A DNA stretch of 64,000 nt, from the NCBI GenBank assembly GCA_035285805.1, contig JAYKJE010000021.1, positions 156,956 through 220,955 of the forward strand, written 5' to 3'. Positions 34,306 through 44,301 of the stretch are shown one piece after another (position 1 is the first letter of the stretch; every line of letters starts with the position of its first letter). Under the pieces are notes generated by a model. It was not told the origin of the DNA. It saw nothing but the letters and a program-made list of their open reading frames with translations, and did not search any database. Source of the stretch: a bacterium. Its GTDB lineage: Bacteria > Cyanobacteriota > Sericytochromatia > S15B-MN24 > UBA4093. The translations under genes were made by a program, and so were the position numbers.

Positions 34306-35457
34306 ATGTCCGACCCGCTCGTCTATCTCGATCACAACGCCACATCCCCTCCCGACCCCCGGGTCCTCGAAGCGATGGCGGAGTTCGAGCATACCCCTCA
34401 CGCCAACTCCCGCAGTGCTCACCTTCCGGGACGGGAGGTGGCACGGGCCATCCAGGAGGCCCGCGAACGGGTCGCGACGTGTCTGGGGTGTGAACCCGAC
34501 GAGGTCGTCTTCACCAGCGGGGGGACCGAGGCCAACAACCTGGCCATCAAGGGGCTTGCATGGTCCCGAGGCGGGGTGTCACGGTTCGCCCACCTTGCCG
34601 TGGAACATTACAGCGTGACCCGGGCCATGGCCTTCCTGGCGCGCCAGGCGCATGGTGTGGACATCATCGCGGTTCAGACCACGGGCTTGCCCGACGCCGC
34701 GAGCCTGGACCGTGCGCTCGCTGCTCGCCCCGCGCTCGTGGCCATCCAGCACGCCAACAACGAGGTCGGAACCGTCCAGGACGTGTCCGGTCTAGCCGCC
34801 CGGATTCACGAGAGAGACGGCCTGATCCTGGTCGATGCCGCCCAGTCGGTGGGAAAGTTGCCGATCCGGTTCCGGGCCGATGGTCTCGATTTTCTGACGG
34901 GATCGGGCCACAAGTTCGGGGGCCCGGGTGGCATCGGATTCCTGGTGCGGCGCCAGGGGATCTCACTCGAGCCCCTGCACCACGGTGCGGGTCACGAGGA
35001 AGGGCTGCGTTCGGGGACCCATGCCGCGGCCCTGATCGTCGGCCTCGGCAAGGCCTGCGAACTCGCGGGTCGCGAGCAGGTGGCCGATGCAACCCGGATG
35101 GCCGCCTTGCGCGATCGCCTCCAGGCGCACTTGCAGGCAGGGTTACCTGAGCTCGTCGTGAACGGACATCCGACCCTGCGCTTGCCCCACACCCTCAACG
35201 TATCCGTCCCGGGTTTGCTCGGTCTCGAGTGGCTCCAGGCGACTCCGAGGGTCGCCGCGACCACGGGAGCGGCCTGTCATTCCGACCGCGTTGAGCCGTC
35301 CGCTGTCATGAAGGCGCTCGGAGTTCCCCTCGCCGTTGCAGGCGGCGCCATCCGCCTCAGCCTCGGGCGCGCCTCCACCATGGACCAGGTGGACGAGGCC
35401 GCCGGTTTGCTCGTCGCCTCGGCGCGGGCGTTGCTCGACCGCGTCGAGAAGGAGTGA
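34306..35457 (+). CDS. cysteine desulfurase (class V aminotransferase, IscS/NifS-like)
   Basis: VYLDHNATSP N-terminus, SGGTEANN. PLP-lysine region SGHKFGGPGGIGFL. Active-site loop ..ATTGAACHS... Confidence 0.85.
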   Translation: MSDPLVYLDHNATSPPDPRVLEAMAEFEHTPHANSRSAHLPGREVARAIQEARERVATCLGCEPDEVVFTSGGTEANNLAIKGLAWSRGGVSRFAHLAVEHYSVTRAMAFLARQAHGVDIIAVQTTGLPDAASLDRALAARPALVAIQHANNEVGTVQDVSGLAARIHERDGLILVDAAQSVGKLPIRFRADGLDFLTGSGHKFGGPGGIGFLVRRQGISLEPLHHGAGHEEGLRSGTHAAALIVGLGKACELAGREQVADATRMAALRDRLQAHLQAGLPELVVNGHPTLRLPHTLNVSVPGLLGLEWLQATPRVAATTGAACHSDRVEPSAVMKALGVPLAVAGGAIRLSLGRASTMDQVDEAAGLLVASARALLDRVEKE

Positions 35458-35460
35458 CCC

Positions 35461-36747
35461 ATGGCCGGTTCTTCCGCTTCGTCCTTCCGGGAAGCCTTGC
35501 AGGTCCTCAGGCCCGGCCCCTTCCGTCGCTACATCGTGGGCGAGGGGATCTCCATGACGGGCACCTGGATGCAGACCATGGCCCAGAGCTTCGTCATGGC
35601 CTCGCTGACGGACCGGGCAGTCTGGCTCGGGGCGGTCAATCTGGCCTCGGGGATTCCCATGCTGCTTCTCACGATGGTGGGGGGTACCGTCGCAGACCGT
35701 GCGGACAAGCGCCTGGTGCTGATCATCTGCCAGCTCGTGCAGATCGCGCTTGCCGTGGGGATGGGCACGCTCGTGGCCACGCATCGTCTCGATGCCTCGA
35801 CCATCTGGCTGGTTCCTACCTTCGCGCTCGTGCTGGGCGTGTCGAATGCCTTCGAGATGCCTGCCGCATCCGCCCTCGTGCCGGAACTCGTCGACAGGAC
35901 GGAAATCGGTTCGGCCGTGGCGATCGACCGGGCCGTGTTCCATGCCACCCGGCTCGTGGGACCTGCTGTCGCCGGCATTGCGGTGGCGACGCTCGGGCCT
36001 GCCGTGGCTTACTACGTCAATGCATTGACCTTCCTGGCCCTCATCGTCGCCCTCTGGAGCCTGCCCGTCTCCCGCTCACCTCGGGCCGAGGAGGAGAACC
36101 ACGATGGTGGAGGCTTCAAAGCGGGAGTGCGGCACGTCGTATCGGATCGACCCACCCTCGCGATGGTCTCGATGCTCGCGATGACGACGGTCTTCGTCTT
36201 TCCGTTCGTGCTGATCCTCATGCCCCTCTACGTGACCCGTGAGTTGCACCTGCAGGCCACCCAGATGGGGTTCCTCATGTCGATGGCCGGAGTCGGTTCG
36301 CTCAGCGGGGCCGTCGGCCTGCTGAGCATTCCGCGGTCGCGCCGTCCTGCTGCGCTCACCCTGGCGCTCTTTCTCGTGGCCTCCGCCCTGGCTTGCCTCA
36401 GCTTGGCGCACCATCTGGTGGTCGTGGCTGTCTGTCTGGTCCTCATGACGGCGAGCGTCTCGACGATGGTCGGAATAGGCAACACCATCGTCCAGGAAAG
36501 GGCGCCCTCGGCCATCCGCGGACGCGTTTCCGCCGTGGCAGGGCTGAGCTTTTTCGGGCTGCAGCCGATCGCCGGCATGGTCATGCCGTCCCTGTCTGAC
36601 CACATCGGCATGCGGCCGACGCTCCAGCTGGCCGTCTTCTGCTTCCTGCTCGGGGCGAGCTACCTGCTCTTCGGCCCGGCGCGGGTCCTGTCCCATGCGA
36701 GTCAAGAGCCGGAGGTCGAACCTCGGGACCTTCCCACCGGGGCCTAG
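35461..36747 (+). CDS. MFS transporter
   Basis: 12-TM topology, MFS motif A-like (GTVADRADKR). Confidence 0.85.
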   Translation: MAGSSASSFREALQVLRPGPFRRYIVGEGISMTGTWMQTMAQSFVMASLTDRAVWLGAVNLASGIPMLLLTMVGGTVADRADKRLVLIICQLVQIALAVGMGTLVATHRLDASTIWLVPTFALVLGVSNAFEMPAASALVPELVDRTEIGSAVAIDRAVFHATRLVGPAVAGIAVATLGPAVAYYVNALTFLALIVALWSLPVSRSPRAEEENHDGGGFKAGVRHVVSDRPTLAMVSMLAMTTVFVFPFVLILMPLYVTRELHLQATQMGFLMSMAGVGSLSGAVGLLSIPRSRRPAALTLALFLVASALACLSLAHHLVVVAVCLVLMTASVSTMVGIGNTIVQERAPSAIRGRVSAVAGLSFFGLQPIAGMVMPSLSDHIGMRPTLQLAVFCFLLGASYLLFGPARVLSHASQEPEVEPRDLPTGA

Positions 36748-37382
36748 ACGGCCCTGAAGCGGCGTTCCGCTTCGCGCATCGCCCCGTCGTCGAACAGTTC
36801 GAGCTCCAGTGCAATCACCCGGAAAGCCAGTCGTACCTCCAGCAGATCGTGGACGATGGCGACGAAGATGCAGGTCAGCCCCCCCAGGAAGGTGACTCTC
36901 GGCCCCCATGCTTGCCATGAGGTGCGGCCGGGCAATGTCTGGACGGCCGCCAGCGCCACGGAGGTGACGACCAGGAATCCGATCGCTGCGTAGAGAAGAA
37001 ACTGCGAGTCCCTGAGGTGTCTGGCACGCCGCACGAGGAGGGCGATCTGGCGTTCCACGCTGCGGATCCGCGTGGCGCTCTGGGGCGAAAGGACCTGTTC
37101 GCCGGACAGCTGCCGTCGTTCCGCATGCAGGCCCCGGATCCGATCGACCAGGGCCGAGTACTTGCTCTGGGTCTGGGAGGCCAGAACGGCGGAGCCTGAC
37201 ACCCCGAGCATCGGGGCGAGGGCGGCCGAGATGAAGGACGAGGGATCCAGCAGCGGGCTCATGGCGACCATGCTAGGTCGTGTCGCACCGCGTGACAAGC
37301 CGATCTTCCCCATTTGCCTGACTTGCGACATCCCGGACCGTATCCGGTGGAGAATCCGCCATGGCGCCACCCTCGGGGGCAA
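36744..37382 (-). CDS. hypothetical membrane protein (DUF2721-like); start uncertain (alternative Met starts at 37331 and 37271)
   Basis: Two C-terminal TM helices and an amphipathic middle. Overlaps the MFS stop by 4 nt on the opposite strand. Confidence 0.4.
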   Translation of the reverse strand: MPPRVAPWRILHRIRSGMSQVRQMGKIGLSRGATRPSMVAMSPLLDPSSFISAALAPMLGVSGSAVLASQTQSKYSALVDRIRGLHAERRQLSGEQVLSPQSATRIRSVERQIALLVRRARHLRDSQFLLYAAIGFLVVTSVALAAVQTLPGRTSWQAWGPRVTFLGGLTCIFVAIVHDLLEVRLAFRVIALELELFDDGAMREAERRFRAV

Positions 37383-37414
37383 GGCATCCTGGGGGCCACC
37401 GAGAGGAGGACCGC

Positions 37415-38149
37415 ATGCCTGGGCCGATATCCGGGAGCCGGTACGCGTGGGGGCTTGCCTTGCTCATCGTCACCGCGTGTGGGGGAGCGGTTCCGCATGC
37501 CGTGTCATCCGGGGGCCACGCCCTTGTCCGGCCCCACGGCCAGCTCCCCCCCTATCCAGCAGGTACCCTCATCGATCCCGTTCTCGCACCGATGGAGGTC
37601 GGAGGGGGCATCCTCGACCGCGGTCGGCCCGCCGCGGGAGTGGAGGTGTCCCTGGTGGAAGAACGCACATGGCGATCGATCTCGCTCAGGACGGGGGCCG
37701 ACGGGGTTTACCGGTCGCGGATCATGCGTCCGGGAAGGTATCACATCCACTATTACAACGATCGCGATCAGGACCGGGTGGGATTCTGGAAAACGCGCAC
37801 CCTGGTCCTGCTCGCAGGGCAATCAGGGGTCTGGCCAGCCTGGGACGTGCATCTGCGCGGGATGCGAAATGACCCTCCCCAGGGGGCGACGGTCGCCCTT
37901 CCCCTGTCCGTGCGTATCGTGCCACACCCTCAGGCCCTGCGAGTCTGGTTTCGGCTTCATGACCGGGGTGGCCCCGGCGGTCAGGCCCATTTCGTGAGTC
38001 CGGTGCTGGCGGGCCAGGGTCTGGAAAGGTACACGTACCCATCCGGAGCAGCTCGCCCCGGCTTCCAGCTCTGGGGTTACCAGTGGGATGCCGGGGCGGC
38101 TGGAGAGGGCGGCTGCCTCTTCCAGGACGTGTCGATTCGCGGTCAGTAG
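37415..38149 (+). CDS. lipoprotein with CarboxypepD_reg-like domain
   Basis: GAGAGGAGGA ribosome-binding site. Lipobox LLIVTACGG. AAGVEVSLVEE...TGADGVYRS motif. Confidence 0.55.
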   Translation: MPGPISGSRYAWGLALLIVTACGGAVPHAVSSGGHALVRPHGQLPPYPAGTLIDPVLAPMEVGGGILDRGRPAAGVEVSLVEERTWRSISLRTGADGVYRSRIMRPGRYHIHYYNDRDQDRVGFWKTRTLVLLAGQSGVWPAWDVHLRGMRNDPPQGATVALPLSVRIVPHPQALRVWFRLHDRGGPGGQAHFVSPVLAGQGLERYTYPSGAARPGFQLWGYQWDAGAAGEGGCLFQDVSIRGQ

Positions 38150-39513
38150 AACCGATCCGGATTCACCGCGCGTCCGTTCATCCGCACCTCGAAGTGCAGA
38201 TGAGGACCCGTCGCGTGGCCCGTCTGGCCCACGGTGGCGATGCGTTCGCCGCGCGACACGCGGTCGCCCTCGCCGACGTAGAGCCTGGCGCAGTGGGCGT
38301 AGCGCGTCACCATCCCGTTGGCATGGCGGATGTCGATCATGCGGCCGTAAGCACCGCTCCAGCCAGCCGACACGACGACTCCGTCCCGGACGGCCTTGAT
38401 GGGGGTACCCACGGTGTTGCAGATGTCCAGTCCCTGGTGCATGTGGCCATCACGCACCCCGAACCCGCTGGAAACGCGACCCGCTGCGGGCCACAGGAGA
38501 CGCTTCGCGGCCAGTCGCCCCAGGTCACCCAGGAGCCCACGCGAGGCGATCTTGCGACCATCCCGGAGACGGTACTTCCGGTCGAGACCTACGCTTCCGT
38601 CTTTCCCGGTGCTCTTCAACGTGGCATCGGTCGGCACGACGAGCAGGTCCCCGATCTGGAGCCGTGAGTGCGGCGTGAGACCGTTTGCTGCCAGGAGCGC
38701 CCGTGTCTTGACCCCGAGGCGATGGGCGATGACGGACGGGTTGTCGCCGGACTGGACCCGGTAGGTGCCAGGGCGACGGGAAGCGGCAGCGCGATGGCTT
38801 GCTCGGTCACCCTCATGACTCTCTGCCCGGGCGATCTCGTGGCGCTCCTGCGGGCGGTTCGCCCGGGCGAGCACGCGACTGACGGTTTCACCGCGCCGAA
38901 CGGCTGCGAGTTGCCCGGCCGCCTCCGTGCCGGTATAGCCTCCGCGATGCACCTCGTAGGTCGCGGCCAGGGCCGAACCGTCGCCCGTGCCCGGTTCGGT
39001 GGTGAAGACGACGATCCCCTCGGGCAGGCGGAGGACATCACCGGGGTGAAGGCGTCGCGGATCGACTCCGGGGTTGGCCTGCCGCAGCACGCGGGTCTTG
39101 ATCCCGAAGCGATGCGCGATGCCCGACAGGGTGTCTCCCGGACGGACGGCCACCTGCGTCAGGGGCACGGCGCGCGTCACGGGGGACGACGGCTTTGACG
39201 CCTGACGGAAAGTCAGCAGACGCGGACCGCCCAGCAGCACGGTCGGGAGCATCACGAGCACCGCCCCGGCAAGCAAGGCCCGGCGAGCAGCGGCACGGCG
39301 CACGATCGGGCGACGCCGACCCGGGTTGGTCATCGCGTATCTGAGGACACCCATTCCATCGAAGCTCGGCTGTTCCTGGTGAGTGGCCTTCTTGCGCGGG
39401 ATCCAGCGCTCCCAGCGATGCGTGGGCTCGCGGCGGCGCCGCGAATCGACCTGGAAGGCCGAGATCTCGGGCAGATCGGACGTGCTCGTGGGTGCGTTGT
39501 CAGACTCGAACAA
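38143..39513 (-). CDS. LysM-domain M23 family peptidoglycan endopeptidase
   Basis: Three LysM repeats (e.g. VRPGDTLSGIAHRFGIKTRVLRQANP). C-terminal M23 domain (HQGLDI...GTP..., HLHFEV). Confidence 0.85.
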   Translation of the reverse strand: MFESDNAPTSTSDLPEISAFQVDSRRRREPTHRWERWIPRKKATHQEQPSFDGMGVLRYAMTNPGRRRPIVRRAAARRALLAGAVLVMLPTVLLGGPRLLTFRQASKPSSPVTRAVPLTQVAVRPGDTLSGIAHRFGIKTRVLRQANPGVDPRRLHPGDVLRLPEGIVVFTTEPGTGDGSALAATYEVHRGGYTGTEAAGQLAAVRRGETVSRVLARANRPQERHEIARAESHEGDRASHRAAASRRPGTYRVQSGDNPSVIAHRLGVKTRALLAANGLTPHSRLQIGDLLVVPTDATLKSTGKDGSVGLDRKYRLRDGRKIASRGLLGDLGRLAAKRLLWPAAGRVSSGFGVRDGHMHQGLDICNTVGTPIKAVRDGVVVSAGWSGAYGRMIDIRHANGMVTRYAHCARLYVGEGDRVSRGERIATVGQTGHATGPHLHFEVRMNGRAVNPDRFY

Positions 39514-39549
39514 GCAAGAACCTCCAGGAAATGAACCGGCGGAAAACCA

Positions 39550-41694
39550 TCAGGAGTCGCTGATGGCCATCAGGAATTCGGCGTTGGACTTGGTCCGGCT
39601 GAGGCGATCGGCCAGGAACTCGGTGACCTCCGCGGTGTCACCTGCGTCCATCGTCTTGCGCAGGATGCGCTGCTTGCGCAGCTCTTCCGGGGAGAGCAAG
39701 AGCTCTTCCTTGCGCGTGCTGCTGCGCTTGATGTCGATCGCCGGGAAAATTCGACGATCGGCCAGCCGGCGATCGAGCGTGAGCTCGGAGTTGCCGGTCC
39801 CCTTGAACTCTTCGTAGATCACCTCGTCCATCCGCGAACCGGTGTCGATCAGCGCCGTCGCGATGATCGTGAGGGATCCCGACCGCTCGAGCTTGCGAGC
39901 CGCACCGAAGAAGCGCTTGGGCTTGTGCATCGCGTTGGGGTCGAGACCGCCCGAGAGGGTTCTCCCCGAGGGAGGCATGGCCGAATTGTAAGCCCGGGCC
40001 AGCCGCGTGATGGAATCCAGCAGGATCACGACATCGTGGCCGAGTTCGACCATCCGCTTGGCTCGTTCCATGACCAGCTCGGCGACCCGGACGTGATTTT
40101 CGGGCAACTCGTCGAAGGTCGAGGCGATGACCTCACCCTTGATCGAGCGCTGCATGTCCGTGACTTCCTCGGGGCGTTCGTCGATCAGCAGGGCCATCAG
40201 GTGCACTTCCGGATGGTTGTCCGTGATCGAGTTGGCCACCTGCTTGAGCAGCGTGGTCTTGCCTGCCTTGGGCGGCGACACGATCAGGGCGCGCTGGCCC
40301 TTGCCGAGCGGATTGAACAGGTCCATCAGCCGCATGCTGAGGTTGCTCGCGGTGGTCTCCAGGCGAAGGCGCTCGCACGGGTAAATCGGCGTGCGATTTT
40401 CGAAGGGGACGCGCCGCATGGCCTGGTCAGTGGGTTGTCCATTGACCGTTTCGGGACGGACGAGCACCTGGAACTTCTCACCCTCGCGGGGCGACCGGAT
40501 CTCACCCGCGACGATGTCGCCGGCCCAGAGGTCGTGCCGACGGATCATGCCCTGGCTGACGTAGATGTCGTCCGGCGACGGCAGATATTCGGAGACCCGC
40601 AAGAAACCGTATCCCTCACCGAGAATCTCGAGCACCCCGGAAGTGCGGACCGGCGTCCCTTCGGTCTGCCGGGTCTGGAGGACACGGATGACGAGTTCAC
40701 TGCGCCGCATCTTGCGGTAATTCCAGATACGCAGGGCCCGTGCGAGCTCGTGGAGCTCGGTGATGTCCATCTGAGGGACTGCCTGCGGATCGAACTGGAC
40801 CTCCGGGATTTCCGCATCCAGCCCCTGTTCGGCCATGATCGCTTCGTGAAGTTCCCGAGCCTCGCGGAGCTCGCGCATCTCGCGTTCGTTGGCCCGGTTG
40901 CCCCGGTTGTCGTCACGGAAGCCTGGATGAGGACGTCCGCCTCCACGGTTGTCCTGTCCGCGGCCACCGCGATCGCGTCCCCTGTCCCGATCCCGATCCC
41001 GATCCCGATCCCGGTCACGGTCACGGTGGCGTCCACCTTCCCGGAATCCCTGCTGCTGGCGGCCTTCACGCCCTCCCTCGGTGCGCTGTCCTTCCGGACG
41101 GCCTTCACGGCCTCCCTCGGTGCGCTGTCCTTCCGGACGGCCTTCACGGCCTCCTTCGGTGCGCTGTCCTTCCGGACGGCCTTCGCGGCTTCCCTCGGTG
41201 CGCTGTCCCTCCGGACGGCCTTCACGGCTTCCTTCGGGGCGCTGTCCCTCCGGGCGTCCTTCACGGGTGCCTTCCGGACGTCCGGCGCGGGGACCTTCGG
41301 CACGCTCGGTCTCCCTCGGTGCCCGCTCGCGACTTTCACCACGTGGCGGTCGTGAGGGCTGCGTCCCTGGCTCACCGTCGCTTTCGGGTCGCCTGACCGC
41401 GTTCTGGGCAGGAGCAGAACCTCCAGCCGGGGCCACTGCGGATTCCGTGGCAGGAGCGGACTCCTTACGTCGGGAGGTGCGCTGGGTGCGGGCAGGAGGG
41501 GTGGATTCAGCTGCAGCGGGGCTCTGTTCGGTCACGACAGGGGCCGAGGCAGCCTCGGCCTGAGCGGCCTGCCGGGCCTGAGCGGCGCGCGTGGGGCGTC
41601 GGCGGCTGCTGGTGGCAGGTTGGGTGTCCGGAAGGGCAGCAGAGCCGGGGGCCGTGGCGTCGGACGGAGCCGGACGCGTCGCGGAAGTATCCAA
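39550..41694 (-). CDS. rho: transcription termination factor Rho with about 290-aa N-terminal R/E/G-rich low-complexity insertion domain
   Basis: C-terminal about 420 aa is canonical Rho (CSD-like RNA-binding domain, Walker [13 protein letters not shown] loops, [20 protein letters not shown]). The N-terminus contains ([13 protein letters not shown])x5 and (RD)x8. Confidence 0.95.
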   Translation of the reverse strand: MDTSATRPAPSDATAPGSAALPDTQPATSSRRRPTRAAQARQAAQAEAASAPVVTEQSPAAAESTPPARTQRTSRRKESAPATESAVAPAGGSAPAQNAVRRPESDGEPGTQPSRPPRGESRERAPRETERAEGPRAGRPEGTREGRPEGQRPEGSREGRPEGQRTEGSREGRPEGQRTEGGREGRPEGQRTEGGREGRPEGQRTEGGREGRQQQGFREGGRHRDRDRDRDRDRDRDRGRDRGGRGQDNRGGGRPHPGFRDDNRGNRANEREMRELREARELHEAIMAEQGLDAEIPEVQFDPQAVPQMDITELHELARALRIWNYRKMRRSELVIRVLQTRQTEGTPVRTSGVLEILGEGYGFLRVSEYLPSPDDIYVSQGMIRRHDLWAGDIVAGEIRSPREGEKFQVLVRPETVNGQPTDQAMRRVPFENRTPIYPCERLRLETTASNLSMRLMDLFNPLGKGQRALIVSPPKAGKTTLLKQVANSITDNHPEVHLMALLIDERPEEVTDMQRSIKGEVIASTFDELPENHVRVAELVMERAKRMVELGHDVVILLDSITRLARAYNSAMPPSGRTLSGGLDPNAMHKPKRFFGAARKLERSGSLTIIATALIDTGSRMDEVIYEEFKGTGNSELTLDRRLADRRIFPAIDIKRSSTRKEELLLSPEELRKQRILRKTMDAGDTAEVTEFLADRLSRTKSNAEFLMAISDS
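40985..41265. repeat. in-frame tandem repeats inside rho: about five copies of a 39-bp unit (GGCCTTCACGGCCTCCCTCGGTGCGCTGTCCTTCCGGAC) and a (CCCGAT)n hexanucleotide run
   Basis: Seen directly in lines 40981-41280. Encodes the [13 protein letters not shown] and RDRDRD repeats of the Rho N-terminal insertion. Confidence 0.8.
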
Positions 41695-41814
41695 GAGCCA
41701 GTCTCTCGCTTTCGAAGAGGAGATCCCCCTGAAGTCGCAGGCTTGAAATCAGATGTCAGGGGAAGTGACCACGGTCACCGTGCCACGCTAGCACGGCTGA
41801 CCTCAGTACGTCAA

Positions 41815-42078
41815 TCAGAAGGCTGCGGTCGCGAGCACGCGAACGAGCACCTGGACGACCAGCTGATAGACGAATACGGCGATCAGGGGCGAAATATCGA
41901 TGCCCCCGAGCGGCACGAGTCCCCGGAAGGGGCGCAGGGTCGGTTCCAGCAATCGATCCAGCAGCTGGACGGCCGGATGGTGCCGAGGAACGGACGGAAT
42001 CCAGGACAGGATGACCCAGATGAACAGCGCGAGTTGCCAGACCTGGAACACGTTCTGCACGAAGCGGGCGAGAAACAT
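41815..42078 (-). CDS. yggT: YggT family membrane protein (Ycf19-like)
   Basis: YggT signature (..VWQLALFIWVILSWIP...LEPTLRPFRGLVPLGGIDISPLIA..). Start at the internal Met avoids overlap with proC. Confidence 0.7.
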   Translation of the reverse strand: MFLARFVQNVFQVWQLALFIWVILSWIPSVPRHHPAVQLLDRLLEPTLRPFRGLVPLGGIDISPLIAVFVYQLVVQVLVRVLATAAF

Positions 42079-42079
42079 G

Positions 42080-42895
42080 TCAGGGGGCCTCCTGTCGACC
42101 GAGTTCACGCGAGCGGAGTGTCGCTGCCTTGACGGCCAGACAGAGCGTGGCGCGCACGGCAGCCTCTTCCAGGACCTGCAGGCCGGCCGCGGTGGTACCG
42201 GCGGGCGTGACGACCTGGTCCTTCAGTTCCGCAGGATGTTTGCCTGATTCCTGAACCAGGCGCGCTGCGCCGATGACGGTCTGGCAGACGAGATCGCGGG
42301 CGATCCGCCGCGGCAGGCCTTGCTGGACCCCGGCATCGATGAGGGCTTCCAGGATCAGAGTGACATAAGCGGGACCGCTGCCTGACAGCCCCGTCACGGC
42401 ATCAAAGTAGGCCTCGGGCAGGTCGAGAACTCGTCCGACGGCCCGGAACAGGCTCCTGGCCCGCTCCATGTGCGGTTCGGTCACGCTGGCGTTGCCGGCG
42501 AGGGCAGAAATGCCCTCGCCGATGACGCAGGGGGTGTTCGGCATGGAGCGGATCACGGGGGTGCCCGGGGGCAGTGCCTGTTCGAACCGCTCGAGACGGG
42601 CGCCGGCCACGATCGAGATTCCGAGTGTCCCCGGGCGCCAGGCCGACCCGACTTCGTGAAGGACCAGATCCAGCTGGACGGGCTTGATCGCGAACACCAC
42701 GGTCTCGCTGGACAGCGAGACCCGATTGTCAGTCGTGGTTCTCACTCCGTAGGTCGCGTTCAACCAGTCGAGACGCGCGTCGAGCGGGTCCGATACGGTG
42801 ATGCGGTGCGGCTGGACGCCATGCGTCACGAGGCCCTTGATGAGGGCCTCGGCCATGGTTCCACCACCTATCAGGGAGAGGGAACCCTCGACCAT
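42080..42895 (-). CDS. proC: pyrroline-5-carboxylate reductase
   Basis: LIGGGTMAEALIKGL Rossmann motif and ProC C-terminal dimerisation domain (..PAGTTAAGLQVLE..). Start is ATG at M25 of the track ORF, overlapping the sepF stop by 1 nt. Confidence 0.85.
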   Translation of the reverse strand: MVEGSLSLIGGGTMAEALIKGLVTHGVQPHRITVSDPLDARLDWLNATYGVRTTTDNRVSLSSETVVFAIKPVQLDLVLHEVGSAWRPGTLGISIVAGARLERFEQALPPGTPVIRSMPNTPCVIGEGISALAGNASVTEPHMERARSLFRAVGRVLDLPEAYFDAVTGLSGSGPAYVTLILEALIDAGVQQGLPRRIARDLVCQTVIGAARLVQESGKHPAELKDQVVTPAGTTAAGLQVLEEAAVRATLCLAVKAATLRSRELGRQEAP

Positions 42896-43377
42896 CAGCG
42901 AACGCGCCAGAACAGCTTGTCGTTGCTCGCTGCGGCTGCGGGAGCCTGCACCTGGGCCACCATCCACTGGGTGTCGTGGGAGAGGGCATTGATCTTCACG
43001 TTCGACGGCGTGAAGAGGAAGATGGCCTCACCGATCCGTTCCTGGTGTCCGTCGAGAGCGTGGCAGGCGCCAGAGACGAAGTCCACGAGCCGCTGGGACT
43101 GTTCGGAGGTCAGGCCCTGGAGGTTGAGGATCACGGCGCGGCGCGTGCGCAGGTTGTCGATGATGCTCAGTGCGTCATCGAACGATCGCGGCTCGAGGAC
43201 GACCATCTCGGACTGGGGCGCCGTCGGGAAGCCCACGATGTTGTTGCCCGGAGTCTTGTTGCTGCCCGGACGCGTGGCCTTGGGTTCGTCCGTCTGCTCC
43301 TCGACCTGATCGTGCTCGAACGTCTCGTCCGGCTCGAAGCCGAGAAACTTCTGCAAGTTACTCCAAATGGCGCTCAT
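42895..43377 (-). CDS. sepF: cell division protein SepF
   Basis: N-terminal amphipathic helix MSAIWSNLQKFLGF. Conserved C-terminal SepF domain (..AVILNLQGL...RLVDFVSGA..). Confidence 0.8.
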   Translation of the reverse strand: MSAIWSNLQKFLGFEPDETFEHDQVEEQTDEPKATRPGSNKTPGNNIVGFPTAPQSEMVVLEPRSFDDALSIIDNLRTRRAVILNLQGLTSEQSQRLVDFVSGACHALDGHQERIGEAIFLFTPSNVKINALSHDTQWMVAQVQAPAAAASNDKLFWRVR

Positions 43378-44105
43378 GGACCCTCCTGAATGTGTGACCC
43401 CGCTCCCGTGGGGCGTTCGCCGAAAATTGCCCTGCCGATTCGCACCAGGGTCGCCCCTTCCTCGATGGCCACCTCGAAATCCGTCGACATCCCCATCGAC
43501 AGTTCGAGACCGCCCGGCCAGTCCGTGACGTCCTGCAGATCCTGCGTCGCGAACTCTCTCAACCTCCTGAAGACCGGTCTGACCTCCTCCGGATCATCGA
43601 CCCGGGGCGGAATGGTCATGAGCCCCCTGACGCGAACCCCTGACCAGCCTTGACAAGTTTTGAGTGCGGTCGCTACCTGGTCAAGCATGAAGCCTGACTT
43701 GGTCACCTCCCGGGCGACGTTGACCTGGAGGAGGACGTCCTGAACCCCGTTCGACGAACGAGCGCACCGGTCGATCGAGGCCAGGAGTTCCAGGCTGTCG
43801 ACCGAGTGGATGAGCTTGAACCGGGAACCACAGCGCCCCACCTTGTTGCGCTGCAGGTGTCCGATGAAGTGCCATTCGAAGTCGCAGTCAGCCAGGGCTT
43901 CCTGTTTCTCGATGGCCTCGACCACCCTGCTCTCTCCCACGAGGGCCCCTTCCAGCCATGCGGCTTGCCGCACCGTCGCGGCTGGAACCCCTTTGGTGAC
44001 CAGAACGACACGAACCGCCTCGGCGGGTCGCCCCGATCGTTCGGCCCGGGCACGCACGCGCGCCAGAACCTCGGTCATCCGTTCGTGGACAGAGAGCTTG
44101 TTCAC
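43374..44105 (-). CDS. yggS: YggS family pyridoxal-phosphate homeostasis protein (alanine racemase N-terminal-like fold)
   Basis: Motifs VVLVTKG...LEGALVGESRVVEA, HFIGHLQRNKV, SVDS. Overlaps the sepF start by 4 nt. Confidence 0.85.
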   Translation of the reverse strand: MNKLSVHERMTEVLARVRARAERSGRPAEAVRVVLVTKGVPAATVRQAAWLEGALVGESRVVEAIEKQEALADCDFEWHFIGHLQRNKVGRCGSRFKLIHSVDSLELLASIDRCARSSNGVQDVLLQVNVAREVTKSGFMLDQVATALKTCQGWSGVRVRGLMTIPPRVDDPEEVRPVFRRLREFATQDLQDVTDWPGGLELSMGMSTDFEVAIEEGATLVRIGRAIFGERPTGAGSHIQEGP

Positions 44106-44301
44106 GGCATCAAGTCAACATCACGTCTTGATTGCACTCTATCACCTCACGGTGACTCAGACAATAAACCGCGCCGTCGTTCCGTTCGGTAACCCCGATC
44201 ACGCGTCTCACGAAGTCCTCCGTGCGGGCTGGACGATGCGTTTTCCCTGCTCGATCGTCACGATCCGGGACCACGCCCGGCTGGCGGGGCGGGAGGTGTC
44301 C

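Noticed and set aside
40985-41265. Tandem repeats in rho as a possible CRISPR array or minisatellite
   Set aside because: Repeats are contiguous and in-frame with no spacers. They encode a low-complexity protein domain and are not CRISPR. No cas genes are present anywhere in the window.
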